A stretch of DNA of 54,140 bases. Source: an uncultured Candidatus Bathyarchaeia archaeon. GTDB taxonomy: Archaea > Thermoproteota > Bathyarchaeia > 40CM-2-53-6. The stretch lies in assembly GCA_964601325.1 (NCBI GenBank), contig CAZRNA010000006.1, positions 1-54,140 on the forward strand, written 5' to 3'. Below, piece by piece: positions 37,641 through 46,447 of the stretch (its first letter is position 1; each line of letters begins with the position of its first letter). The position numbers were made by a program, and so were the translations under genes. The notes under the pieces were generated by a model. The model ran no database searches. It was given only the letters and a program-made list of their open reading frames with translations, and had not been told where the DNA came from.

Positions 37641-38393
37641 ATGAGCGAAACACACGAGAAGCGGCTATTTGGACTTGTTCTGATCCTCGTAGTTGTGGTG
37701 GCTCTTCTAGCCGGCGTAGCGATCTATTCATCATACATGAAACCGGGGCCCGTGTCAACGCCATCCGGAACTGAGCAGAAGACGATCTCAGTGGGCGGCA
37801 CTGGAACCGTCTCGATGAGCCCTGACATCGGCTGGTTCACAGCCTCCGTAGTAACACAGGCAGCAACTGCAGCTCAGGCTGAACAGCAGGACAACGACGC
37901 AATGTCGAAGGTCATCTCCGCGCTCAAGGGCGCTGGAATTGTTGAGAAGGACATACAGACGGTTGAGTTCTCGCTAAGCCCGATCTATCAGGATTCCAAG
38001 GATCCTGGTAAGATGCCGATACTTGTCGGCTATTCGCTAAGGCACTCAATCCGTGTGACCGTCAACGACGTAAGCGCACTCGGCAAGATGCTTGACCTTG
38101 CGATCTCGAACGGAGCAAACGATGTGAGCGGAGTATACTTCGGTCTATCCGACGCAAAGGCGAAACAGGCAGAGTCACAGGCGCTCGATCTAGCTGTGAA
38201 AGACGCCGACAATAGAGCCGAGACAATCGCGAGTGCGATGGGCGTCAACCTAGTTGGTCCAATCTCCGTCAGCATAGGCTACTACTATGCACCTGTTGCG
38301 ATGGATCTCAAAGGCGGAGCAGCGCAGGCACCTGTCATGCCAGGACAATTAGAATACACTGTCAGTGTCCAGATCGTCTACGCTTTCACCTAG
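37641..38393 (+). CDS. SIMPL-domain (DUF541) protein, N-terminally anchored
   Basis: It has an N-terminal TM helix and a typical SIMPL pattern (..GTGTVSMSPD......V....A.TA..A...N...M..V...L...G....DIQT..). A strong SD, GGAGGTGA, lies 8 nt upstream of the ATG. Confidence 0.75.
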   Translation: MSETHEKRLFGLVLILVVVVALLAGVAIYSSYMKPGPVSTPSGTEQKTISVGGTGTVSMSPDIGWFTASVVTQAATAAQAEQQDNDAMSKVISALKGAGIVEKDIQTVEFSLSPIYQDSKDPGKMPILVGYSLRHSIRVTVNDVSALGKMLDLAISNGANDVSGVYFGLSDAKAKQAESQALDLAVKDADNRAETIASAMGVNLVGPISVSIGYYYAPVAMDLKGGAAQAPVMPGQLEYTVSVQIVYAFT

Positions 38394-38517
38394 CCGAGAA
38401 TCAAACACCCATTTTTCTCATTTCCACTCGTTTTGATGACTATTCTACTGGTCCCCCTTCCAGAGAGGGCAATCTTCATAATGCCTCGGAACCTAACACA
38501 TACCTGAGGCACGTTCG

Positions 38518-38754
38518 ATGCCAATGGCTTTTGTTTTCATGAACATAGACACGGGTGGCGAACAAGAAGTTCTGAAGCAACTTCAAGGGATTCCAAATGT
38601 CAAGGAAGCGCATCTCGTCTACGGGGTCTATGACCTCGTTGCAAGAATAGAAGCGGAAACCATGGATAAGCTGAAAGAGATCGTGACATGGAAGGTACGA
38701 AGACTCGACAAAGTGAGATCAACCCTCACAACCATAGTAATGGAATCCGCCTGA
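38518..38754 (+). CDS. stand-alone Lrp/AsnC ligand-binding (RAM) domain protein
   Basis: 78 aa. ...L..IP.V.EAHLVYGVYDLVARIEA...DKL.E.V...VR.L..V..T.T matches the AsnC_trans_reg fold, with no HTH. Confidence 0.7.
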   Translation: MPMAFVFMNIDTGGEQEVLKQLQGIPNVKEAHLVYGVYDLVARIEAETMDKLKEIVTWKVRRLDKVRSTLTTIVMESA

Positions 38755-38835
38755 CGCATCTGCACGAGGGGTCCTACACCGCCAACGAAAGACACGTTAC
38801 TCTGGAACCTTGATTTCTCGAGGTTAGGGTGAACT

Positions 38836-39378
38836 TTGACCTCTAGCACAGACTCGAGGTTCATTGGTTCTCCCAGTCTGTGGATGGCCACAATTCTCGT
38901 GATCATCTACGTGACTACAGCAATACTCGCGGGAAATCTCTTCGAACCTGATCTGAATGTCGTTTACCCGTTCGTTCAGGTGAACGCGGAAGTCTGGCAT
39001 GGCGCAGTATGGATGCTCTTCACATCGATGTTTCTTCACGCGAACTTACTGCATCTTGGAGGAAACGTGTTCTTCCTCCTCCTCTTCGGGACAGCCCTAG
39101 AAGAGCAGGTTTCAGTGAAGCGATGGCTAATCACTTACTTCACAAGTGGTCTCGTTGGGAACATATTGTTCCTGCTGCTTCTCCCGGATGCCAGCGGTGT
39201 CGGAGCGTCAGGAGCCATTTATGGACTCCTAGCAGCTGCGGGAGGATTTCGAGGGCTTATCGGGATGATCTTCTTGGGCGGACTCGACCTATTCGCAGGC
39301 GGCGGGTTCCTAGCACACGCAGGAGGCATACTGGCAGGCCTAGCGCTCAGGTTCTCTTGGCTGAAGAAGACTCGCTGA
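38836..39378 (+). CDS. rhomboid-family intramembrane serine protease
   Basis: FTSMFLHANLLHLGGNVFFLLLFG (the HxxxN region), the catalytic GASGAIYGLL, and a downstream AHAGG His. Confidence 0.8.
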   Translation: MTSSTDSRFIGSPSLWMATILVIIYVTTAILAGNLFEPDLNVVYPFVQVNAEVWHGAVWMLFTSMFLHANLLHLGGNVFFLLLFGTALEEQVSVKRWLITYFTSGLVGNILFLLLLPDASGVGASGAIYGLLAAAGGFRGLIGMIFLGGLDLFAGGGFLAHAGGILAGLALRFSWLKKTR

Positions 39379-39421
39379 GCCGGAGGCACGGCCGGCTTTC
39401 TATATACTCTACGATGGTTGA

Positions 39422-39445
39422 GGGGGGTACCCCCCCTGGGGGGTA
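39422..39445. repeat. G6-TA-C7-T-G6-TA homopolymer palindrome
   Basis: GGGGGGTACCCCCCCTGGGGGGTA lies 44 nt downstream of the rhomboid stop. Two mutually exclusive G6/C6 hairpins are possible. Confidence 0.5.
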
Positions 39446-39701
39446 GGTCCAACTCCTGCAAGTTGCTCCTGTCCTACGGGATGAAGTCGCCTCGTCAAAT
39501 CCCGTTGGATTCGTGTGCGCTATTAGCCGAGAGTATGTATCACCAGACGTGCCGGGAGCGGATTGTATGTAAAAGGGCTACAGTAGTAGGGGGCGGTATA
39601 TGTATGACACTACGGAACATACTTGACAGGCAGAACACGATTTGATCGCTAACAATCCTTCCCAGGGACCAGTCCCGAACGAATGGGGTCCCACAGCTGA
39701 G

Positions 39702-39995
39702 ATGACGATGCAGCCAGGATCACCACAGAGACCGGGAAGACGACCGATCTCCGCTCCTCAGGCAATGAAGCTCAGAGACGTAGAGATCGTTGTCCTTGAA
39801 GACAGATGCAAAGGTTGCTCGTTCTGCATAGAGTTCTGCCCCAGAGATGTTCTTGAACAGGGCACCAAGCTGAACGTTAGAGGCGTTCATGCACCCCAAG
39901 TGAAGGATGCCGCGTTGTGTGTTGGATGCGGAGTATGCGAAGAGATCTGCCCCGACTTCGCGATATTCCTAGTCGAGAAGGCGACGAGACGCTGA
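39702..39995 (+). CDS. korD: 2-oxoacid:ferredoxin oxidoreductase delta subunit (2x[4Fe-4S] ferredoxin)
   Basis: CKGCSFCIEFCP and CVGCGVCEEICP motifs. The ORF opens at 39642 (TTG); ATGs at 39702, 39708 or 39765 are possible starts. Confidence 0.7.
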   Translation: MTMQPGSPQRPGRRPISAPQAMKLRDVEIVVLEDRCKGCSFCIEFCPRDVLEQGTKLNVRGVHAPQVKDAALCVGCGVCEEICPDFAIFLVEKATRR

Positions 39996-41131
39996 GAAGA
40001 GATGTTCTGACCGGCACGTATTTCACACTTGGAGACGTAGCATGCGCGGAAGGCGCACTGGCTGCTGGCTGCAGATTCTTCGGAGGTTATCCAATCACCC
40101 CAGCCACAGAGATCGCTGAACACATGTCAAGGAGACTCCCTGAGATTGGCGGCGTCTACTTGCAGATGGAAGACGAGATAGCCTCGATGGCCGCCGTGAT
40201 CGGCGCATCCTATGCCGGCACAAAGTCCATGACTGCCACCTCGGGCCCAGGCTTCAGCCTGATGCAGGAGAACATTGGACTCGCAGCCATGACCGAGACG
40301 CCGTGCGTCGTAGTGGACGTGATGCGTGCCGGACCGAGCACAGGTCAACCCACGAAGACAGGCCAGCAGGATGTTATGCAGGCAAAATGGGGATCGCACG
40401 GAGACTATGAGATAATCGCATTGGCTCCGTCTTCCGTCCAAGAGATGTTCGATCTTACCGTTGAAGCATTCAACCTTTCAGAGAAGTACAGGTGCCCAGC
40501 ATTTGTCATGACTGACGAGATCATCGGGCACCTGATGGAGAGGCTCGCGATACCAGAGCCTGAGAAGATACGACTGGTTGACCGCAAGCGACCCAGCGTA
40601 CCGCGATCTGAATACTCACCTTTCCGGGCAGGAGAAGATCTCGTGCCTGAGATGGCGACCTTCGGTGAAGGATACAGATTCTACGCTACCGGCCTAACTC
40701 ATGATGAGACTGGTCACCCACGAACCGACAGCACAGAACATCATGCAGTCTTGGTTCAAAGAATCTGCGACAAGATCCGCAAGAACGTGAGAGACATCAC
40801 CAGAGTCGAGAGCGTTTTCCTTGATGACGCCGATGTCTGCATCGTTGCGTACGGAAGCGTCGCGAGATCTGCGCTCGCAGCCGTAGTTGAAGGACGAGAG
40901 AGAGGAATCAAGATCGGATTATTGAGGCTCGTTACAATTTGGCCGTTCCCAGACGAAGCAGTTGAGCAAATGGCTTCGCGAGTGGACAAGATCTTGGTGC
41001 CCGAGATGAACTACGGCCAACTGGTCCGCGAAGTTGAGAGAAGTGCAGGCCGCCGGAAAGTGACTTCTCTACCAAAACTGGGAGATGCTCTTCACACGCC
41101 CGAGGAGATCTTGGCCCAAGCAGTAAGCTAA
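39935..41131 (+). CDS. korA: 2-oxoacid:ferredoxin oxidoreductase alpha subunit
   Basis: VACAEGALAAGCRFFGGYPITPATEI and TSGPGFSLM are typical of KorA/PorA. The only in-frame ATGs (39917, 39926, 39935) lie inside the korD 3' end, giving an overlap of at least 61 nt. Confidence 0.85.
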   Translation: MRRDLPRLRDIPSREGDETLRRDVLTGTYFTLGDVACAEGALAAGCRFFGGYPITPATEIAEHMSRRLPEIGGVYLQMEDEIASMAAVIGASYAGTKSMTATSGPGFSLMQENIGLAAMTETPCVVVDVMRAGPSTGQPTKTGQQDVMQAKWGSHGDYEIIALAPSSVQEMFDLTVEAFNLSEKYRCPAFVMTDEIIGHLMERLAIPEPEKIRLVDRKRPSVPRSEYSPFRAGEDLVPEMATFGEGYRFYATGLTHDETGHPRTDSTEHHAVLVQRICDKIRKNVRDITRVESVFLDDADVCIVAYGSVARSALAAVVEGRERGIKIGLLRLVTIWPFPDEAVEQMASRVDKILVPEMNYGQLVREVERSAGRRKVTSLPKLGDALHTPEEILAQAVS

Positions 41132-41149
41132 GAATGGGGGATGTAGGAA

Positions 41150-42010
41150 ATGTCGGCTGTTCAACACCCGCTCGAAGATTATACGAGGAGCGGGATGATT
41201 CCCCACATATGGTGCAACGGTTGCGGTAACGGCATCATACTGGGAGAATTCGCCCGAGCCATAGACGAGCTCAACTTTGACAGGGACAAGATCGTTGTCG
41301 TGTCAGGGATCGGTTGCATAGGAAGGATCTCGGGATACACGAACACAGACTCATTCCACACAACACATGGCCGTCCAATAGCGTTTGCTGTGGGAGTGAA
41401 AGCGGCGAGGCCTGACCTGAAACCCGTCGTGATCAGTGGGGATGGCGACCTCTTCGCGATAGGGGGGAACCATTTCATTCACGCCGCTAGAAGGAACGTC
41501 GATATCGCTGTAATCTGTTCCAACAACTTCAACTACGGTATGACTGGAGGCCAATCTGGCCCCACGACACCGATCGGCGCATTCACAACAACAAGTCGAT
41601 ACGGCAACATTGAACACCCATTCAATCTGGTGCACCTGGCTGCGGCTTCAGGAGCCATCTATGTGGCACGGTGGACAGCGATTCATGTCAAACGTATCAG
41701 AGAATCCATGAAGAAAGCCATCAGCAAGAAAGGGTTCAGCTTCGTCGAGATCATAACCCCGTGCCCAGAAGAGTATGGGCGAAGAAACAAGATCGCGGAT
41801 CCGATCCTAGGCATGAAATGGCTCAGGGAAGTCAGTGAAGTCCGATCCAACATCGATCCGATCGACGCCGTGGTCGGACCTGACAAGATCGTTGTCGGAG
41901 AATTCGTCGACGTCGAGAAACCAGAGTTCAGCGACTTGCTGTGGGGGCAGAATCGATCCATTCAGGCGGAGCTTGACAAGGCAGGGAGACGCACTAATGT
42001 CGCGCTTTGA
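41150..42010 (+). CDS. korB: 2-oxoacid:ferredoxin oxidoreductase beta subunit (TPP-binding)
   Basis: WCNGCGNGI..., SGIGC, GDGD....GGNH. 286 aa. Confidence 0.9.
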   Translation: MSAVQHPLEDYTRSGMIPHIWCNGCGNGIILGEFARAIDELNFDRDKIVVVSGIGCIGRISGYTNTDSFHTTHGRPIAFAVGVKAARPDLKPVVISGDGDLFAIGGNHFIHAARRNVDIAVICSNNFNYGMTGGQSGPTTPIGAFTTTSRYGNIEHPFNLVHLAAASGAIYVARWTAIHVKRIRESMKKAISKKGFSFVEIITPCPEEYGRRNKIADPILGMKWLREVSEVRSNIDPIDAVVGPDKIVVGEFVDVEKPEFSDLLWGQNRSIQAELDKAGRRTNVAL

Positions 42011-42560
42011 GGTAAGGATAGCAGGTCTAGGCGGTCAGGGAATCGTGACCGCCGGAGTAATGATCGGGAGAGCAGCCTCGGTTTTCGGCGGAAAGAATGT
42101 GACCCTAGCGCAATCCTACGGCCCCGAATCCAGAGGAGGAGCCTCCAAAGTCGAAGTCATAGTCTCCGACGAGAAGATCAACTACCCAAAGCTCAGGAAA
42201 CCCAGCCTAGTAGCGGTCATGTCTCAAGAGGCTTACCGAAAGAATGTCGGAGATCTGACCGGCGACACGATCGTCATTATCGATCCTGACATGATCCAAG
42301 ACGACCAGTTGAATCACACCGCGAAGACATACAGAGTTCCCGCAACACGTATCGCCGAACGCCTGGGCAAGAAGATAGTCTCGAACATGGTGATGGTTGG
42401 CGCAATAATCGGCCTAACCAATATGGTAGAGACGGCAGCTGTCGAGAAGGCGATCGCGAAGTACACTCCGCGAGGCACGGAACAACTGAATATCACTGCT
42501 TTCAAAAGCGGCTACGATTTTGCTCGAGGTTTGCTCCAAGAACAGAAAGTACCCGCATAG
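41997..42560 (+). CDS. korG: 2-oxoacid:ferredoxin oxidoreductase gamma subunit
   Basis: The start was moved to the ATG at 41997, overlapping korB by 14 nt. RIAGLGGQGIVTAGVMIGRAA...SYGPESRGG is the gamma-subunit signature. The delta-alpha-beta-gamma order matches Pyrococcus/Thermococcus KGOR as I recall it. Confidence 0.85.
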   Translation: MSRFEVRIAGLGGQGIVTAGVMIGRAASVFGGKNVTLAQSYGPESRGGASKVEVIVSDEKINYPKLRKPSLVAVMSQEAYRKNVGDLTGDTIVIIDPDMIQDDQLNHTAKTYRVPATRIAERLGKKIVSNMVMVGAIIGLTNMVETAAVEKAIAKYTPRGTEQLNITAFKSGYDFARGLLQEQKVPA

Positions 42561-42780
42561 GCCACTCTTTGGCCTACTATTGGCCATTTCATCCTCTATG
42601 CAACTAAGTCGACGTGGCCAATCTAAGTAGAAAGTGACGGGAGACGCTGGAGAGCGTGTGCTGACTCTTGGTCTTGGTTCTATTGAATATACAGTCCAGT
42701 ACGTATGTAGCTTTGAGATATATTCTGCAACAGACGAACTTGGTTAGGTAGTCGCATCCTTCTCCGAAGGAGCATGGTCG

Positions 42781-43473
42781 ATGAGCACTGACAAGTCGGC
42801 TGTGACGATCTATGTGTTCGGTAAGCAGTACGAAGTGCCACGAAACCTCACCATACTAACCGCCATGGAACACCTCGGTTACCGGTTGCTTCGTGGCTGT
42901 GGCTGCCGTAGTGGTTTCTGTGGTGCCTGTGCGACCGTCTACAGGATTCACGGAGACTTCAGGCTTCGCACGGGGCTCGCGTGTCAGACACCCGTTAAGG
43001 ACGGAATGGTATTCTCGATGCTCCCGTTCCACCCTGCGACAAAAGCACGGTACGACATCAAGAACCTGACGCCAGACATCAATTCGCTCACACGTTACTA
43101 TCCGGAGATCATGCGATGTCTGCAGTGTAACTCATGCAGCCGAGCCTGTCCACAAGACTTGTCTGTAATCGACATAATGGCAGCCGCGATGCGAGGCGAC
43201 ATTGCCAATGCCGCCGACCTTTCATTCGACTGTATCATGTGTGGGCTCTGCGCCACGAGATGCCCCGCCGAGATAGTTCAGTATAACGTCGCGATTCTTA
43301 CACGAAGGCTCTATGGAACGCAGATTGCTCCGAAGTCGAAACATCTGCAGAAACGACTTGGCGAGATTAGGGCCGGACGCTACGACGACGAACTTGCGAA
43401 GCTAGTCAAGATGAGCACTGCGGAATTGACGAAGCTGTACAACTCCAGAGAAATCGAAGCAGGTGAAGCGTAG
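42781..43473 (+). CDS. SdhB/FrdB-like iron-sulfur protein (2Fe-2S plus two complete 4-Cys ferredoxin motifs)
   Basis: CRSGFCGAC...ACQT is the plant-type 2Fe-2S pattern. CLQCNSCSRACP and CIMCGLCATRCP are both full CX2CX2CX3CP motifs, as in type E Sdh / TfrB rather than classical SdhB. Confidence 0.7.
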   Translation: MSTDKSAVTIYVFGKQYEVPRNLTILTAMEHLGYRLLRGCGCRSGFCGACATVYRIHGDFRLRTGLACQTPVKDGMVFSMLPFHPATKARYDIKNLTPDINSLTRYYPEIMRCLQCNSCSRACPQDLSVIDIMAAAMRGDIANAADLSFDCIMCGLCATRCPAEIVQYNVAILTRRLYGTQIAPKSKHLQKRLGEIRAGRYDDELAKLVKMSTAELTKLYNSREIEAGEA

Positions 43474-45153
43474 ATGGCTTCGGAACAGACCAAACAGTGG
43501 CGAACCGTAATCAGCTATAGCGAAGACATGCGACGCTCGATCGACAAAGTAACGGCAAATCGAATGGAGCGCATGAAACAGTCCTTCCCAAAGCTTACAC
43601 CAGAAGAGAAGAAGCAGCTGCTGACGAAATTTCACCCGGACTACAAGCCAGGAACAACACGGAAACTCATCGTGGGAGCCAACAGGGGAGAGCCGGTCGT
43701 CAACGAACTTGGCGACATTGTGGAGTCGTACAGCAGAATAAACCCGGAAAAGACTGATCTGTCGCGAACCGATATCGAAACTGGTGTTCTGATTATTGGA
43801 GGAGGTGGCGCAGGCGCGGCAGCAGCCCTAGCCGCGCAAGAAGAAGGCGCCCGTGTTCTCTTGTGTACCAAGCTACGATTCGGCGACGCCAACACGATGA
43901 TGGCGCAAGGAGGCATCCAAGCCGCAGACAAAGAGAACGATTCGCCTGCATCTCACTATCTTGACGTTATGGGAGGTGGCGGTTACACAAACATACCCGG
44001 CCTCGTTCAAACGCTCGTCAAAGACGCTCCTTCAGTTGTTGAATGGCTTGAAGACCTGGGTATGATGTTCGATAAGGAAGCCGACGGCACCTTTGTGACA
44101 ATGCACGGCGGCGGCACAAGCAGAAAGCGAATGCACGCTGCCCGCGACTACACCGGCGCGGAGATCATGCGAACGCTCCGAGACGAAGTCATCAATAGAG
44201 ATATCCAAGTCATCGAATTCTCGCCTGCAATCGAGCTCCTCACTGATGCCGAAGGCAATTGTGTAGGAGCTATTCTGCTGAACATGGAAACTAACGAATT
44301 CGTCTTCGTCAAAGCAAAGACGATAATACTGGCGACAGGTGGTTCGGGCAGGCTCCATGTGCAAGGATTTCCGACAACGAATCACTACGGGGCAACCGGC
44401 GACGGTCTCCCACTGGCCTATCGCGCCGGTGCCAAGCTGGCCTTCGTGGATACTATCCAATATCATCCGACAGGAGTTGCGTTTCCCGAGCTGATCTCTG
44501 GACTGCTAATAACTGAGAAGATGCGAAGCCTCGGATCCCAGCTTGTCAACATCGATGGAGAACGGTTTGTGAATGAGCTTGAGACAAGGGATGCTGTCGC
44601 TTCTGCAATAATCAGAGAATGTCAAGAACGTGGAAAAGGAGTTCGCACCCCCGAAGGACTCGTCGGAGTATGGCTTGACACTCCACTAATCGACATCCTG
44701 AGAGGTCCTGATCGAACTCTGCGCCTAGCACCCGCGATGGTACGACAGTTCAAACGATTCGGCATCGACATAACCAAAGACCCCATTCTCGTCTATGCAA
44801 CACAACACTACCAAAATGGCGGCGTGCTAATAGACGAAGACGGACGAACAAACGTTCGGAACCTGCATGTTGCAGGGGAAGTCGCGGGTGGAATTCACGG
44901 AAGAAACCGATTGATGGGCAACTCACTGCTTGACATTCTAGTATTTGGAAGACGCGCCGGAAAGGACGCAGCCAAGAGATCACGAACCGCACAAGGTGGT
45001 AAGCCGACTCTGGAGCATGTTGTTCGATTTCACAAGGAACTCAAGAAGGCAGCCGTCAGCACAGATCGGCACAGCCCCATAATCCTTCCCGACTACCGCA
45101 GCAAAGAGGCGAAGATCGAACTGGAGGCATTCGCAGTCAGAGGATGGGAGTGA
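43474..45153 (+). CDS. SdhA/FrdA/NadB-type FAD flavoprotein, short C-terminus, about 100-aa N-terminal extension
   Basis: VLIIGGGGAGAAAA dinucleotide fold, QGGI, IQYHPTG, GERFVNELETRDAVASAI, HYQNGGV, VAGEVAGGIHGRNRLMGNSLLDILVFGRRAG. The ATG follows the upstream stop directly. Confidence 0.75.
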   Translation: MASEQTKQWRTVISYSEDMRRSIDKVTANRMERMKQSFPKLTPEEKKQLLTKFHPDYKPGTTRKLIVGANRGEPVVNELGDIVESYSRINPEKTDLSRTDIETGVLIIGGGGAGAAAALAAQEEGARVLLCTKLRFGDANTMMAQGGIQAADKENDSPASHYLDVMGGGGYTNIPGLVQTLVKDAPSVVEWLEDLGMMFDKEADGTFVTMHGGGTSRKRMHAARDYTGAEIMRTLRDEVINRDIQVIEFSPAIELLTDAEGNCVGAILLNMETNEFVFVKAKTIILATGGSGRLHVQGFPTTNHYGATGDGLPLAYRAGAKLAFVDTIQYHPTGVAFPELISGLLITEKMRSLGSQLVNIDGERFVNELETRDAVASAIIRECQERGKGVRTPEGLVGVWLDTPLIDILRGPDRTLRLAPAMVRQFKRFGIDITKDPILVYATQHYQNGGVLIDEDGRTNVRNLHVAGEVAGGIHGRNRLMGNSLLDILVFGRRAGKDAAKRSRTAQGGKPTLEHVVRFHKELKKAAVSTDRHSPIILPDYRSKEAKIELEAFAVRGWE

Positions 45154-45154
45154 A

Positions 45155-45550
45155 GTGGCACATCAGATCTCTGCTGTAACAGTCACGAGTCCTCTACTGC
45201 GCAAGGTCGAAAGAATAAGCGGCCAAGATCTCTCGCTTTGCTATCAGTGCGGAAAATGCTCAGCCACATGTCCGCTAGCGCCGCAGATGGATCTTATGCC
45301 TCACCTAGTAGTTCGCTATCTCCAGCTCGGCCTCGAACAAGTCTTCGACGCCAAATCGTACTGGCTATGCGCAACCTGCTTCTCCTGCGAGACGCAGTGC
45401 CCCAGAGGCTTGGATGTAAGCAAGGTCTGCGAAGCCCTCCGAACAATCAAGCTCCGCAACGATCTGCGTGACCTGAAGATCGAGAAACCCCCACCTGAAA
45501 TGCCCCAGCAGGGATTGGTGAGCGCGTTCAGGAAACTCAGCCCATACTGA
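45155..45550 (+). CDS. hdrC: heterodisulfide reductase subunit C-like (2x[4Fe-4S])
   Basis: CYQCGKCSATCP and CATCFSCETQCP with the HdrC-type helical spacer. 131 aa. GTG start 1 nt after the previous stop. Confidence 0.8.
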   Translation: MAHQISAVTVTSPLLRKVERISGQDLSLCYQCGKCSATCPLAPQMDLMPHLVVRYLQLGLEQVFDAKSYWLCATCFSCETQCPRGLDVSKVCEALRTIKLRNDLRDLKIEKPPPEMPQQGLVSAFRKLSPY

Positions 45551-45559
45551 GTTGGGAAA

Positions 45560-46447
45560 ATGCAATCCTACTTGTACTTCCCGGGATGTTCGCTCCGAAC
45601 CGTAGCAAGAGATTTCGAGGACTCCGCGCGAGCGTCCGCACGCGCGCTCGGGCTAGAACTGAAAGAAATGCAGGGATGGCTTTGCTGCGGAGCAGTATTC
45701 CCGAATGTTGCGGACAATGTCATGACGAACGCAGGACCGAACCGAATTCTAGCTAGGGCACGCGCTGAGAGCGACACGCTCGTGACTCTCTGCGCGGGAT
45801 GCCACAACGTCCTCAAGAGAGCGAACCTCCAAGCCAAGCGAAACGCGATCAAACAGGAACAGATCAACGAATTCAACGAGGAGAGATATGAAGGCGGACT
45901 CGGCGTCCTACACTTCTTGGAAGTACTAAGAGATCGTGTAGGTTTCATCGCTATCAGAGAGGCCGCAAAGACGCCTTTGCGTGGTCTGCCGGTCGGCGCA
46001 TACTATGGATGCCTGCTGCTGCGTCCTTTTGAGGAGATGAAGCTCGACGACCCGCATCGACCGTCAGTGCTGGAGGATCTCCTCTTCAGCATAGGATGTA
46101 TGCCGGTGGATTATCCAAAACGGACGGAATGCTGTGGGTCTTTCCTCGGCGTCGGCGCTCCTGACGCCATGGCTCTATTGTCACGCAATGTTGTGCAGGC
46201 CGCTCGCTCGCACGGAGCGAAACTACTCACGGTCAGCTGCCCATTATGCAAATACAACTTGGAGGAATCCCAGAAACAAGATCCTAAAGCATCCTCCAGC
46301 TCGGGACCGTTGCCTGTGGTCTATTTCACCCAGCTGCTCGGCCTTGCACTCGGAGTCAGCCCAGAAGATCTTCGACTAAGCGACACGCAACTCCAGACGA
46401 TTCGTGGCGGCGCCAAGAGCACCGTCGAGAGCGTGAGTCAGACATGA
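45560..46447 (+). CDS. hdrB: heterodisulfide reductase subunit B-like (two CCG domains)
   Basis: YFPGCSL......S..A....LG..L.E...W.CCGA (first CCG domain) and YYGC...RP......P..TECCGS (second CCG domain). Confidence 0.8.
   Translation: MQSYLYFPGCSLRTVARDFEDSARASARALGLELKEMQGWLCCGAVFPNVADNVMTNAGPNRILARARAESDTLVTLCAGCHNVLKRANLQAKRNAIKQEQINEFNEERYEGGLGVLHFLEVLRDRVGFIAIREAAKTPLRGLPVGAYYGCLLLRPFEEMKLDDPHRPSVLEDLLFSIGCMPVDYPKRTECCGSFLGVGAPDAMALLSRNVVQAARSHGAKLLTVSCPLCKYNLEESQKQDPKASSSSGPLPVVYFTQLLGLALGVSPEDLRLSDTQLQTIRGGAKSTVESVSQT

Noticed and set aside
39917-39995. The korD/korA overlap of 61-79 nt as a sign of a frameshift, a fused gene or a pseudogene.
   Set aside because: Both reading frames are intact and both products are full length with all motifs. 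The only in-frame ATGs for korA lie inside korD, so a long overlap is the simplest reading. A sequencing error cannot be excluded without reads.
42703-42710. GTATGTAG upstream of the frd/hdr operon, matching the TATGTA boxes upstream of kor (a possible shared regulon motif).
   Set aside because: The same octamer also occurs inside coding sequence at 1429-1436. It is too short to distinguish from chance without genome-wide statistics.
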